A stretch of DNA of 64,000 nt from an uncultured Bacteroides sp. Its GTDB lineage: Bacteria > Bacteroidota > Bacteroidia > Bacteroidales > Bacteroidaceae. Location of the stretch: assembly GCA_965140635.1 (NCBI GenBank), contig OZ223290.1, forward strand, positions 431 through 64,430. Reading direction: 5' to 3'. The position numbers and the translations under genes were made by a program. The notes under the pieces were generated by a model that was not told where the DNA came from, searched no databases, and worked only from the letters and a program-made list of their open reading frames with translations. Below, piece by piece: positions 10,537 to 21,178 of the stretch (within the stretch, counting starts at the first letter, position 1; each line of letters begins with the position of its first letter).

Positions 10537-11199
10537 ATGAATGTTCAAATAGAAGAAAGCTGGAAAGCAAAACTAAAACTTGAATTCGAAAAAGAATATT
10601 TTATCAAGTTAACAGAATTTGTAAGAAATGAATATTCTCAAATTCCTGTTTATCCCCCAGGAAAATTAATTTTTAATGCATTCAACTTATGTCCATTTTC
10701 TAAGACAAAAGTGGTCATTATTGGACAAGACCCATATCATGGGCCAGGGCAAGCGCATGGATTATGTTTCTCTGTCAATGACGAAGTTCGCTTTCCTCCA
10801 TCATTAATAAACATATTTAAGGAAATCAAAAGCGATTTAGGGAATGAAGCTCCTCTCTCAGGAAACTTAACCCGATGGGCAGAACAAGGAGTCTTGTTAC
10901 TCAATGCCACCCTCACCGTTCGAGCACATCAAGCAGGATCACATCAAAACAAAGGTTGGGAGCTTTTTACTGACGCTGCCATAAGGATTTTAGCTGAGGA
11001 AAAAGAAAATATAGTATTCATTCTTTGGGGAGCTTACGCACAAAAAAAAGGAGCATTCATTAACCGCAGTAAACATCTTGTGCTAACTTCTGCTCACCCT
11101 TCCCCCCTCTCTGCACACAATGGTTTTTGGGGCAATAAACATTTCAGTAAAACAAATGAATATCTTAAAAATCATGGAAAAACAGAAATAATCTGGTAA
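10537..11199 (+). CDS. ung: Uracil-DNA glycosylase family 1
   Basis: GQDPYH, PPSL, GVLLLN, HPSPLSA. Confidence 0.98.
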   Translation: MNVQIEESWKAKLKLEFEKEYFIKLTEFVRNEYSQIPVYPPGKLIFNAFNLCPFSKTKVVIIGQDPYHGPGQAHGLCFSVNDEVRFPPSLINIFKEIKSDLGNEAPLSGNLTRWAEQGVLLLNATLTVRAHQAGSHQNKGWELFTDAAIRILAEEKENIVFILWGAYAQKKGAFINRSKHLVLTSAHPSPLSAHNGFWGNKHFSKTNEYLKNHGKTEIIW

Positions 11200-11287
11200 A
11201 AAGAACTTGCTAGTAATTTCGATTTCACTTCCTCTCTCTATCTTTACATAGAAGCATAGATAGAGGATATACACTTATCTACCTAAA

Positions 11288-14002
11288 TTAATACCACTGA
11301 ATATTACTCTGCGTTTGACTCCTTTGATCCCATTTCAAATCTTGTAAAATACTAGCATTAGCACGAATAGTAAAATTGTAGTATCGATATGCTCCTATAG
11401 GTGAGATACTAGCAGACATATTCCAACAATGCAAATCACGCGTTACAGTGAAAGCAGTCTGAATAATTTTATGAGCATCAAAATCATAACCAGAATTAAA
11501 ACTCATATTCCAACGATTAGAGATCTTTATACTACCCGAAAAGCTCAAATTTTGAGTATACCTAAACGGATAACGCATAGATTTCTCATTTATCGGTTTA
11601 GAAGTATCTTCCCTTATTCCATATGAATAATTGAAATTAAGTGACCAAGGCATAGAAAACTGTTGATAGCCATCAGCATCAACTTTTGCCTTTTCCACTT
11701 TCTTTGGCTTTGATTGTGTATCACTTTCTTCTTCTTGAATATCTGTAGATTCACCATCGCTCACACCTTTCTTTTTATCATTTTTCTCATCTTTAGAACC
11801 AAACCACTTCTTCCAAGTATCATTATTGAAAGTATAATTAAAAGAAGAACTCCATCCTTGAAAGCGTCCAAAACGCCCATATGACCATTCGGTACGATCT
11901 CCAATAACTACATTTCCATTTTTATCAAATGTATAAGCATAAGTGGCAAAACTAGAATTCAAATTCAATGTATAATTTTTTGAGAGTTTAAGTCTCAAAC
12001 GCACAGAGAGATCACTCCAAGGTCTTGTTTTTGCAGCCATATTATACGATATGCCAGCCCCTAATTCATCTATTAAACTAAATTTCTGAATAGAATCATT
12101 TTTGTCTTTATACTTCACTTCAACATTGTTGGATATATCAAAACTAACATTTCCCTGTTTACCCTGGCCAGGCACACCAAAAGGTTCCTTTGCATAAGGA
12201 GAATAAGTAACTGTATCAAGTTCGTTAGAAGCATTTCTATAAGAATAAGATTTCCAGTAGCCATATTTAGAAGAACCAAAATCCGGTGCCATACTAAGAG
12301 TTACTTGTGGAGTGATAACATGTCGTATTTGAATTTCCTTACTTTTGGCAAAAAGTGGTTTATACATACCATACAATTTAGTACTAACTCCTAAACTGGT
12401 ATTATAATTATATACACGATGAAAACCGTAAATCGTATCCGTATTTATCCTCTCTTTATTAACACCATCCCAACCTTGCATTATTTTGCGAGTATACCAT
12501 CTTTCTGTATAATTAAAGGAAGGAGTAACATTAAAATATTTAAAAAGAGTAAAAGTTGCACTCACAGGAATATTGTGGCTCATTCCATTATTCCAATCTT
12601 TAATAAGATTTGATTTAAATAATTTATCATCTTGAGTAGTTATACTATTGGTCAAACGCCCTGTATAACTCAGTGATATTTTTTCATACCAACGTTCATC
12701 GCCAACAGCAGACTTACGCTTAAATGGATAAATGCGACTTAAAGAAATATTCAAATCCGGTAATGTAACTGCTACAGATGAATCTCTTAATGTTTGAGCA
12801 ATATTAAAAGTGCTAGAAATAGTTAAATTTTGATCAGGAAAACTACGGGAATAACTAACACTGGAAGTTTTAGTCCCCTGGGTTAATAATGAGGAATTAT
12901 ACAAGTTATTTATATTCGTACGTTCATAACTACTAGTAGAAAAATTCACGCTAGCAGAAAATGTACTATTTGGACTAGCTTTAGCATCCTGCCTATGAGA
13001 CCACACTATTTTAAAATCTTTCGCCACTAAATAATCGGGCAAACCTTTATCTCCTGTTTTAGTAACTTGATAATTAGTTTGAAAAGTTCCTGAATATTTA
13101 TATCGCTTATTATAAGTAGATTGCGCACCAAATGCCCACGAACCTTTTGTAAAGACATCAGCCAAAACTTTCAAATCCATCTTATCATTAAGAGCAAAAT
13201 AGTATCCTCCTCCAGTCAAGCCAAACCCACGGCTAGAATCATCCATATAAGTAGGCATAATAAAGCCCGAAGAATAACTACTTGAAAATGGGAAGAAGAA
13301 AAAAGGAACAGCGATAGGTAGTGGTACATCTTCAACCACCAAATAAGCAGGACCTGTTATTACATTTTTCTTTGGGCGAACCTTAGCGCGAGTCAATTGA
13401 AGATAAAAATGAGGGTGCTCATGATGATCACACGTCGTATATCTACCATTTGCCATAAAAAGGTCATCATCAGGACCTTTCTTTGCATTATGACCTGTAA
13501 CATATCCCTCTCCTTGTTGACTCACAACATTGCTAATGAATCCTTTTTTATTTTTAAAATTATAGCGAATAGTCTTGGTTTCATAATCAGTTTCTCCATC
13601 TTTAAAGACAGGTGTCCCCTTTAAAGTACCCAATGAGTCAGAAATGCCATGTGCATACACCGTACTACTATCCATATTCATAGAAATAACTTGTGCATCA
13701 AGCTCTATCTTCTCGTAGTTCACTTTTCCTTCACCATATAAATGAGCATATCCCCCTTGAGTAAAAACAATGGAATCATTAGCTTCATAAACAACAGGAG
13801 CGCTCAAGGCCTGTTTTTTTTTAATCGAAGGGACATCAGAAGAATCACTTTTCAAAGTATCTGCTTCCTGATTACCCATAGGAGCTGCAGGATTTAAAAT
13901 TAAGTTCTGCCTTCGACGCTGAGAACTTACTTCAGCGGAAAGTATTAACAAAACGAACAGTAGTATGAATGATATAAGTGTATTTGCTTTCAATGGCGTC
14001 AT
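11288..14002 (-). CDS. lptD: Putative LPS-assembly protein LptD (Bacteroidetes type)
   Basis: Signal peptide, jellyroll-like N-domain (YTTCD...HPHF), beta-barrel with RDLHCW, terminal aromatic residue. Confidence 0.8.
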   Translation of the reverse strand: MTPLKANTLISFILLFVLLILSAEVSSQRRRQNLILNPAAPMGNQEADTLKSDSSDVPSIKKKQALSAPVVYEANDSIVFTQGGYAHLYGEGKVNYEKIELDAQVISMNMDSSTVYAHGISDSLGTLKGTPVFKDGETDYETKTIRYNFKNKKGFISNVVSQQGEGYVTGHNAKKGPDDDLFMANGRYTTCDHHEHPHFYLQLTRAKVRPKKNVITGPAYLVVEDVPLPIAVPFFFFPFSSSYSSGFIMPTYMDDSSRGFGLTGGGYYFALNDKMDLKVLADVFTKGSWAFGAQSTYNKRYKYSGTFQTNYQVTKTGDKGLPDYLVAKDFKIVWSHRQDAKASPNSTFSASVNFSTSSYERTNINNLYNSSLLTQGTKTSSVSYSRSFPDQNLTISSTFNIAQTLRDSSVAVTLPDLNISLSRIYPFKRKSAVGDERWYEKISLSYTGRLTNSITTQDDKLFKSNLIKDWNNGMSHNIPVSATFTLFKYFNVTPSFNYTERWYTRKIMQGWDGVNKERINTDTIYGFHRVYNYNTSLGVSTKLYGMYKPLFAKSKEIQIRHVITPQVTLSMAPDFGSSKYGYWKSYSYRNASNELDTVTYSPYAKEPFGVPGQGKQGNVSFDISNNVEVKYKDKNDSIQKFSLIDELGAGISYNMAAKTRPWSDLSVRLRLKLSKNYTLNLNSSFATYAYTFDKNGNVVIGDRTEWSYGRFGRFQGWSSSFNYTFNNDTWKKWFGSKDEKNDKKKGVSDGESTDIQEEESDTQSKPKKVEKAKVDADGYQQFSMPWSLNFNYSYGIREDTSKPINEKSMRYPFRYTQNLSFSGSIKISNRWNMSFNSGYDFDAHKIIQTAFTVTRDLHCWNMSASISPIGAYRYYNFTIRANASILQDLKWDQRSQTQSNIQWY

Positions 14003-14092
14003 TAACTAATAGTTTACGCTTTAGGAAAGCAAAAGTACGCATTCTCCACCAATTACAAACGAGATTCTTCTTTTTTAATTATTTTTTAGCCG

Positions 14093-14635
14093 CTATAGAA
14101 ACAATTCGCACCAATGGTCAAAACGAGCAAGACCTTCTTCACCAAATTTTAAAAGACTTTTTCGTGCATTTGCAACGTTTTTTTCTTCATTTAGATGGGA
14201 CTTTGAAAAAAACTTATCTGCAAAACAAATCACTTGTTCTTCCAAACTCAGAGGAAGCATATTACGATACGGTACAGGGAGGTTTCTAGATTCTATCTGA
14301 TCCAAAGAAAGTCCTGCACCTGTATGACGTTCACAGACCAAAGCGTGTTGAGGTAATCCTTCTTTCTTCAACAATTCAGATCCGAGATAACCATGACAAA
14401 TATAAGGATGCGTACCAAAACAGAAAATCTTCGGAGCATATGTCAAGAAAATACCTATATCGTGAAGCATAGCTGCTTCAGACAAAAATGTCTTATCTAA
14501 CTTCAACTCAGGATGATTGCGTGCAATGTCAAGCGATTTTCGAGCAACAGAAACACTATGTACAAACAAAATGTTTCTCAATTCATTTTCTAATGGATAA
14601 TATTTATAAATTAATTCAAGAGGTTGCATAATCAA
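14093..14635 (-). CDS. HD-domain (HDIG) metal-dependent phosphohydrolase
   Basis: HS...AAMLHDIG, HG, CERHTG, ADKF. Confidence 0.88.
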   Translation of the reverse strand: MIMQPLELIYKYYPLENELRNILFVHSVSVARKSLDIARNHPELKLDKTFLSEAAMLHDIGIFLTYAPKIFCFGTHPYICHGYLGSELLKKEGLPQHALVCERHTGAGLSLDQIESRNLPVPYRNMLPLSLEEQVICFADKFFSKSHLNEEKNVANARKSLLKFGEEGLARFDHWCELFL

Positions 14636-14711
14636 ATCCTAATTATTGTAGAATTAAACATAAATGAATATTTTTGTGCAATATTACTAAAAATAACAAT
14701 TAAAATTAAAT

Positions 14712-15590
14712 ATGGAACTACAAGAGTTTTTAAATTTAACTGTATGGGGAGTAGAAATAAAGAAACCTATTGAGTTCTTGCTAAAGGCATTGATTATATA
14801 TATAATAACTCAGGGAGCCGCATCACTAATTAAATTTCTATTCCGCCGAGCCCAAAAAAGGAAGAATGGTTCATTTATAGATCAAACAACTGCTAGCTTT
14901 TTACGGCAAATCAGTATATATTCTGTTTATATTATTGGTAGTGCCATCTTTTTATCACTAATCCCAGGCATGGAAACAGTCGGTAATTCAATTCTTGCAG
15001 GTGCTGGAATAATGGCAATGGCCGTAGGTTTTGCTTCTCAAGAGGCATTATCTAATTTTATTAGCGGACTCTTCATTGTCTTTGCAAAACCATTTCGAAT
15101 AGGTGATGTCATCAAATTAGATGATATTGTAACTGGTACCGTTTGTGAGATAACCCTAAGACATACTATTATAAGAAGCCTGGAAAATAGGATGATTATT
15201 ATTCCGAATAGTAAAATCAATACTAGTACGATTATTAATTCAACACTTAGCGAATTAGAGATCTGTAGTTTCATCGAAATAGGGGTTTCTTATAACGCTG
15301 ATTTAGATAAAGCGATGTCGTTGATGCGTAGCGAGATAATGAAACATCCTCTCTTAATAGATCATCGTAGCAATGCAGACAAAGAAAAAGGTATCCCTCA
15401 AGTACCAATTAGAGTGACTAACTTGGGAGACTCCTCTATCACTCTTAAAGCGTGGGCTTGGGCAAGTACATCAGGTGATGCATTTGTGATGAAATGTGAT
15501 TTATTAAAATCTATAAAAGAACTTTTCGATAAAGAAAATATTGAAATACCATATCCTTATAGCAATGTTATTATAAAGAAAGAAAGTTAA
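14712..15590 (+). CDS. Small-conductance mechanosensitive channel (MscS family)
   Basis: TM helices, AVGFASQEALSNFISG, PFRIGDVI, IPNS, IEIPYP. Confidence 0.93.
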   Translation: MELQEFLNLTVWGVEIKKPIEFLLKALIIYIITQGAASLIKFLFRRAQKRKNGSFIDQTTASFLRQISIYSVYIIGSAIFLSLIPGMETVGNSILAGAGIMAMAVGFASQEALSNFISGLFIVFAKPFRIGDVIKLDDIVTGTVCEITLRHTIIRSLENRMIIIPNSKINTSTIINSTLSELEICSFIEIGVSYNADLDKAMSLMRSEIMKHPLLIDHRSNADKEKGIPQVPIRVTNLGDSSITLKAWAWASTSGDAFVMKCDLLKSIKELFDKENIEIPYPYSNVIIKKES

Positions 15591-16483
15591 TTTCTTTCAT
15601 CTCCCTGACGTTTTCTCCACAATCGCCAAGAGTTCACAATATTTTGCCATAGAACATATGAGCCCGGTCCCACAGAAGAAAGAGGATTAAGGTATGTATG
15701 AGCCATCCAAATAGCCAAAATTGTATTCTTCTGTCCCAAGGATTGAGAGCCACCGATGTGATCGTTATATAAGCCACCTATCTTATTTCCCAAAAAGAAC
15801 TGTAAACCACAAGCAATCAATGCCCCGAAAGCAATCATCAATTCTGTGAGACCATCAGCGGGGCTATTAATTAAAGAAGAAACAGTCTGGGCTGACACAA
15901 TTGTGAGAGAACATGCCCAAAGGTAAAAAGCTAAATCATGATAATGAGATAGTACATGATGAAGCTTAGGGAGAAATTTCTGTATCAGCCAAGCCATTAG
16001 GAACGGACAAATAAGCAAAGGAAATACTTTACTTAATATAAGCCAGAAAGAATAGGCAAAAGTAACATTGGGATTAAGTTCAACCATGGGGAAAAAGAGA
16101 GGTACAGCAACAGCTGCTCCAATATTGGCAAGAAGAGTATAGGTCGTTACGCTTGCAGCGCTACCTCCTAATTTAGACGTTATTACCGCGGCAGCAGTCG
16201 CAGTGGGACAAATAACGCACACCATTACCCCTTCAGCAACCAATTTATTAAATTTATAAAGAAGACCGTAAACAATTAAAGCACCTAAAATCTGAATAGA
16301 AAGTAACCACAAATGAGAGCGTTTTATTTTCAAATCCTTTGGGGAGACTTTACTAAAAGTTAAAAGCAGCATCGTAAAAATAAGAAAAGGAGTTAGAATT
16401 GCAAACATCGTAAACACCTGATATCCAATGGCTCCAGTCAGCAATGAGATAGGTAAGGTCCAGTCTTTAATAAACTTCAGCAT
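15587..16483 (-). CDS. Bile acid:sodium symporter-family membrane transporter
   Basis: Multi-TM, ICPTATAAAVIT, GQKNT motif; its stop overlaps the MscS stop (TTAA). Confidence 0.75.
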   Translation of the reverse strand: MLKFIKDWTLPISLLTGAIGYQVFTMFAILTPFLIFTMLLLTFSKVSPKDLKIKRSHLWLLSIQILGALIVYGLLYKFNKLVAEGVMVCVICPTATAAAVITSKLGGSAASVTTYTLLANIGAAVAVPLFFPMVELNPNVTFAYSFWLILSKVFPLLICPFLMAWLIQKFLPKLHHVLSHYHDLAFYLWACSLTIVSAQTVSSLINSPADGLTELMIAFGALIACGLQFFLGNKIGGLYNDHIGGSQSLGQKNTILAIWMAHTYLNPLSSVGPGSYVLWQNIVNSWRLWRKRQGDERN

Positions 16484-16575
16484 TCCAATTCTTATTTTAA
16501 TTATAACTACAAAGTAAAAGCGAAATAACGAATAATACTATCTTTGCAACGTTTTTTATTAAAAAATATAGTAAA

Positions 16576-18627
16576 ATGAAAGAAAACAAATTAACCCAAC
16601 GAAACGCTATCCGTTGGAAAAAGTTCAACCACAAAGGTTACTCTGCGTTCTGTAGTTTAAAGAAGGAAATAAACATTGGAGTACTGATTGTATCCACCCT
16701 TTTATTTGCAAATGTTAATATTACTTCTGCACAAAATGAGACAACAGAACAACTGAGGAACCACGAACTAGAAGAGGTTGAAGTAAGCGGTACACGCGTT
16801 CCATTGACAGAGGCACAGTCAGTGAAGATGGTGACTGTACTTTCTCGTGATGAAATTCAAGCAGCGGCAGTACACAGTATTAATGATCTGCTCAAATATG
16901 TTGCAGGAGTAGACATCCGCCAACGAGGAGGATTCGGAGTTCAAACCGATATTCTTGTACAAGGAGGCACCTTTGACCAAACCACCATTCTTCTCAACGG
17001 GATAAATATCAGCAGTCCCCAAACAGGGCATCTCACGGCCGATTTTCCAGTTTCCATAGACGATATCGAACGAATAGAAATACTTGAAGGAGCCGCTTCA
17101 AGAGTTTTTGGAACTTCAGCTTTTACCGGAGCTATTAACATTATAACTAAAAATGACCCCAAAAGTCACGCAGCTATAAATATATCTGGGGGGAGTTATG
17201 GACTTTTTGATGGGGGAGGAAAAGTAAATATTACTAAAGGAGCTTTCAGCCAACAAATATCAGCTAGTTACAATCGTAGCGACGGGGGTACAGAGAATAG
17301 TGATTTTCACACAAAACGAGCATATTACCACGGTACATATTCAGATAAAGAAGTAGATATACGATGGCAAATGGGCATGAGCAAGCAAAAATTTGGAGCT
17401 AACACATTTTATTCAGCTGCCTATCCTAACCAATATGAAGAAGTTAATCGACATCTCATTTCCGTTCAAGCAGAAACTAAAGGAAGATTTCATTTCACTC
17501 CTAGCCTTTATTGGAATCATTGGAATGATCATTTTCAATTAATACGTAATACTCATACCGCAGAAAATTTTCACATGACAGATGTCTATGGAATAAACTT
17601 AAATGCCTATTTAAACTCTACATTTGGAAAGACTGCTTTTGGATCAGAAATAAGGAATGAAGGTATCTTAAGTACTAATTTAGGACGCCCGCTAGACGCG
17701 AGCCAATACGTAGATGTTCCTGGAGAGAAAGGAATACAGTATACAAAAAAGGACAATCGTACTAACATAAGTTATTATCTGGAACATAATATTTTATTAC
17801 CCAAAGTAACAATTTCAATGGGAGTACTTGCCAATATGAATACCGCACTTGACCATAAATATCGTTTATATCCGGGCATTGATCTCTCTTTTCGACCATC
17901 ATATAACTGGAAAATCTTTGCATCATGGAATATGTCACTTCGCATGCCCACTTTTACAGATCTATTTTACAAAAGCCCCACACAACAAGGAAATATAGGA
18001 CTAAAACCGGAAAAAGCGCAAGCATTAAATCTCGGAATACAATATCGCTCTTCTTTTTTAAGAACTAATGTAAAGGGATTTTTCCAAAAAGGAACAGACA
18101 TGATTGATTGGGTAATGTATTCAGCTAACGATTCATATCATTCGGCAAATTTCAGGTTGGATAATATGGGAGTTGAAATATCTTCTACATTAAGTTTTCG
18201 AAATTTGATAAATCAAAATAGTATTTTAGACAAACTAAATATCAGCTATAATTATATTTATCAAAACAGGCATGACGATCAAGAAATATTCAAATCAAGC
18301 AACGCATTAGAGTATCTTCGTCACAAATTTGTTGCACGCTTAGATCACCATATTTGGAAAAAATTAAACGCTGAATGGGCTTTTCGCTGGCAAAATCGCA
18401 TGGGCGGATACATCAAATATGACACTAATCATCAATCAACAGGAGATCTTATATCCTATCCTGCTTTCTCCCTTCTCGATTTAAAAATTTCATGGAATGA
18501 CTACAAATATAATCTATACGTAGAAGGCAATAATCTTTTAAATAAAAGTTATTATGATTTTGGAAATATTCCACAACCTGGTTTTTGGTTTAGGGCAGGG
18601 TTCAAATATCGAATTAATTTCAAGTAA
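16576..18627 (+). CDS. TonB-dependent receptor (BtuB-like)
   Basis: TonB-box-like LEEVEVSG, plug LLNGI...DIERIEILEG...GAINIITK, C-terminal F; TATCTTTG promoter at 16539-16546. Confidence 0.9.
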   Translation: MKENKLTQRNAIRWKKFNHKGYSAFCSLKKEINIGVLIVSTLLFANVNITSAQNETTEQLRNHELEEVEVSGTRVPLTEAQSVKMVTVLSRDEIQAAAVHSINDLLKYVAGVDIRQRGGFGVQTDILVQGGTFDQTTILLNGINISSPQTGHLTADFPVSIDDIERIEILEGAASRVFGTSAFTGAINIITKNDPKSHAAINISGGSYGLFDGGGKVNITKGAFSQQISASYNRSDGGTENSDFHTKRAYYHGTYSDKEVDIRWQMGMSKQKFGANTFYSAAYPNQYEEVNRHLISVQAETKGRFHFTPSLYWNHWNDHFQLIRNTHTAENFHMTDVYGINLNAYLNSTFGKTAFGSEIRNEGILSTNLGRPLDASQYVDVPGEKGIQYTKKDNRTNISYYLEHNILLPKVTISMGVLANMNTALDHKYRLYPGIDLSFRPSYNWKIFASWNMSLRMPTFTDLFYKSPTQQGNIGLKPEKAQALNLGIQYRSSFLRTNVKGFFQKGTDMIDWVMYSANDSYHSANFRLDNMGVEISSTLSFRNLINQNSILDKLNISYNYIYQNRHDDQEIFKSSNALEYLRHKFVARLDHHIWKKLNAEWAFRWQNRMGGYIKYDTNHQSTGDLISYPAFSLLDLKISWNDYKYNLYVEGNNLLNKSYYDFGNIPQPGFWFRAGFKYRINFK

Positions 18628-18653
18628 GGAAAAGTTTTAAATAAGTCAATAAA

Positions 18654-18690
18654 ATGCGTGCACAATTTCAAAAGAAATCTGTGCACGCAT
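18654..18690 (+). terminator. Intrinsic terminator after the TonB receptor
   Basis: ATGCGTGCACA-ATTTC-AAAA-GAAAT-C-TGTGCACGCAT. Confidence 0.65.
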
Positions 18691-18787
18691 AATTTTATAG
18701 TCAGCAGAAATTCTCAAAAAAGTCAAAACTTAGAATCAAATGAATTAGTTTCAGCAAAATTCTACTACATTTGCGTATTATTATGAT

Positions 18788-19933
18788 ATGATACAACTGA
18801 GAAAATACATATTACTGCTTATCATTGGTCTATCACTGTGGGCTCCATCTTTATGTACCAGCATCTGGGGCAATGATTTTGTAGTAGTTATTGACCCTGG
18901 ACATGGAGGACATGATCCTGGCGCATTGGGAAGTTTCTCCAAAGAAAAAAATATAAATCTGAATGTAGCACTCGCATTCGGTAAACTCATCAAAAAAAAC
19001 AATAGTGATATCAAGGTAATATTTACCCGCAAATCAGATATATTTATCCCACTTGATCGACGTGCCGAAATAGCTAATAATGCAAAAGCAGATCTTTTCA
19101 TATCCATTCACACAAATTCTGTTGGGGGTTCTAGAACAGTTCAAGGAGCTTCTACTTGGACACTTGGTTTAGCTAAATCTAAAGCTAATTTAGCAGTAGC
19201 TAAGCGAGAGAATTCAGTGATTCTCTATGAAAATGATTATAGAACACGCTATGCTGGCTTTAACCCTAATTCTGCCGAATCATATATTATTTTCGAGTTT
19301 ATGCAAGACAAATATATGTCGCAGAGTGTTCATCTTGCTTCATTAGTTCAGAAAGAATTCCGAAACACATGCAAACGAATAGACAGAGGGGTACATCAAG
19401 CTGGTTTTCTAGTGTTAAAGGCAAGTGCCATGCCTAGTATTTTAGTTGAATTGGGCTTCATTTCAACCCCTAAAGAAGAAAGATTTCTAAACAGTAATAA
19501 TGGTATAAAGTCAATGGCACGTGGAATTTATCGAGCATTCCTGACTTACAAAAAAGAGCAAGAGATTCGATTAACCGGAACAAGCCGAACCATTATTCCT
19601 GAAGAAAAGAGAAACAATATTACAAAAGAAAAAACGACAAGGGACCTCAGAGATTCCTCCCAAAATCTCATTTTCAAAATACAAATTCTGACTTCCACCA
19701 AGAAATTATCTACAAACGACAAACATTTTAAAAACCTTAAAAAGGTAGATATCTACAAAGAAAATAATCTATACAAATATACTTATGGCGCTTCTGACGA
19801 CTATAACCAAATATTAAAAACGAGACGTTCCATAAGCCGCCTATTCAAAGACGCATTCATCATTGCCTTTAAGAATGGAAAAAGAATAGACATAAACAAA
19901 GCTATAGCAGAATTCAAAAAAAGAAAAAGATAA
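18788..19933 (+). CDS. N-acetylmuramoyl-L-alanine amidase (Amidase_3)
   Basis: IDPGHGGHDPGA, EKNINL, ISIHTN, LVELGF. Confidence 0.95.
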   Translation: MIQLRKYILLLIIGLSLWAPSLCTSIWGNDFVVVIDPGHGGHDPGALGSFSKEKNINLNVALAFGKLIKKNNSDIKVIFTRKSDIFIPLDRRAEIANNAKADLFISIHTNSVGGSRTVQGASTWTLGLAKSKANLAVAKRENSVILYENDYRTRYAGFNPNSAESYIIFEFMQDKYMSQSVHLASLVQKEFRNTCKRIDRGVHQAGFLVLKASAMPSILVELGFISTPKEERFLNSNNGIKSMARGIYRAFLTYKKEQEIRLTGTSRTIIPEEKRNNITKEKTTRDLRDSSQNLIFKIQILTSTKKLSTNDKHFKNLKKVDIYKENNLYKYTYGASDDYNQILKTRRSISRLFKDAFIIAFKNGKRIDINKAIAEFKKRKR

Positions 19934-19938
19934 AAATT

Positions 19939-20832
19939 ATGATCACTAAATACTTTAATAAAGAAGTTAAAATAGGACTAGTAACCATTCTCGCATTAAG
20001 CGTAATTATTTATGGTGTTAACTATTTAAAGGGAATTAACATGTTTAAGCCCAGTAGTTATTTATATGTCAAATATACGGATGTAAATGGACTAACCAAG
20101 TCAAGCCCGGTATTTGCAGATGGTTATCGTATAGGCATTGTACGCACTATCGCATATGATTATGCTCATCCCAAGAATGTAACAGTAGAAGTTGAGTTAG
20201 ATGAAAAGATGAGAATACCTAAAGGTAGTACTGCAGAATTAGTATCTGAAATGATGGGAGGAATTAGAATGAACATCCTATTAGCCAATAACCCTCATGA
20301 AAGTTACTCAAACGGAGATACAATCCCAGGTATAGTAAATTACGGAATAATAGGAAGTGCATCAACTTTAATTCCTCAAATGCAGAAAATGCTGCCCAAG
20401 TTGGACTCCATACTATCGTCTCTAAACGGTATTTTAAACAGCCCTGACATACCAAACACTCTGCATTCGATAAAGAATACGACCGCTAATTTAGAAGTTA
20501 CTAGTAGACAATTAAAACATCTCATGATAAATGATATTCCTCAGTTAGCAGGAAAACTAAATACTATCAGTAATAATTTTGTAGAAGTAAGTAATAATTT
20601 AAAAGGAATAAATTATGCTGCCACTTTCAATAAAATAGACTCAACAATGACCAACATAAAATTAATTACAGAAAGACTTAATAGTAAAGACAACTCTATA
20701 GGTTTATTACTCAATGACCCGCAACTATATTATAACCTAAATACAGCAAGTACTAATGCCGCAAAACTATTAGAAGATTTAAAAACGAATCCTAAAAGAT
20801 ATGTTCATTTCTCTATTTTTGGAAAAAAATAA
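19939..20832 (+). CDS. MCE/MlaD family protein
   Basis: N-terminal TM, GLTKSSPVFADGYRIG, helical C-terminal region, NPKRYVHFS. Confidence 0.88.
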   Translation: MITKYFNKEVKIGLVTILALSVIIYGVNYLKGINMFKPSSYLYVKYTDVNGLTKSSPVFADGYRIGIVRTIAYDYAHPKNVTVEVELDEKMRIPKGSTAELVSEMMGGIRMNILLANNPHESYSNGDTIPGIVNYGIIGSASTLIPQMQKMLPKLDSILSSLNGILNSPDIPNTLHSIKNTTANLEVTSRQLKHLMINDIPQLAGKLNTISNNFVEVSNNLKGINYAATFNKIDSTMTNIKLITERLNSKDNSIGLLLNDPQLYYNLNTASTNAAKLLEDLKTNPKRYVHFSIFGKK

Positions 20833-21178
20833 AAGTTAGAATTTATTCATTATATAGATTTCATCTAAATAATATTTTTTTTTCAATCTATTAATAATTG
20901 TACTTCAAGCATCTATAAATAAACGTTTTTTAAAGGTTTTATGCTATATAACACAAAGCGTATATAAACCAACTATCACACTGATAATCAGATATATACA
21001 AAAAAACAAATCAAAATTTGACAGTGTAAGAAGTAAAAAGGCTATAACTAGCTGAAATTAAAGGTTTTATTCAATCATGGAGAATCGCAAGAAAAAAACG
21101 ATTTGTTTTTATCAAATAAGATTCCCAAATTTGCAATTGTAGAAGTTTGCTTAATCAAATAAATGTATTAGAACCGTT

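Noticed and set aside
20833-21178. oriC upstream of dnaA
   Set aside because: AT-rich, but I found no cluster of TTATCCACA-like boxes.
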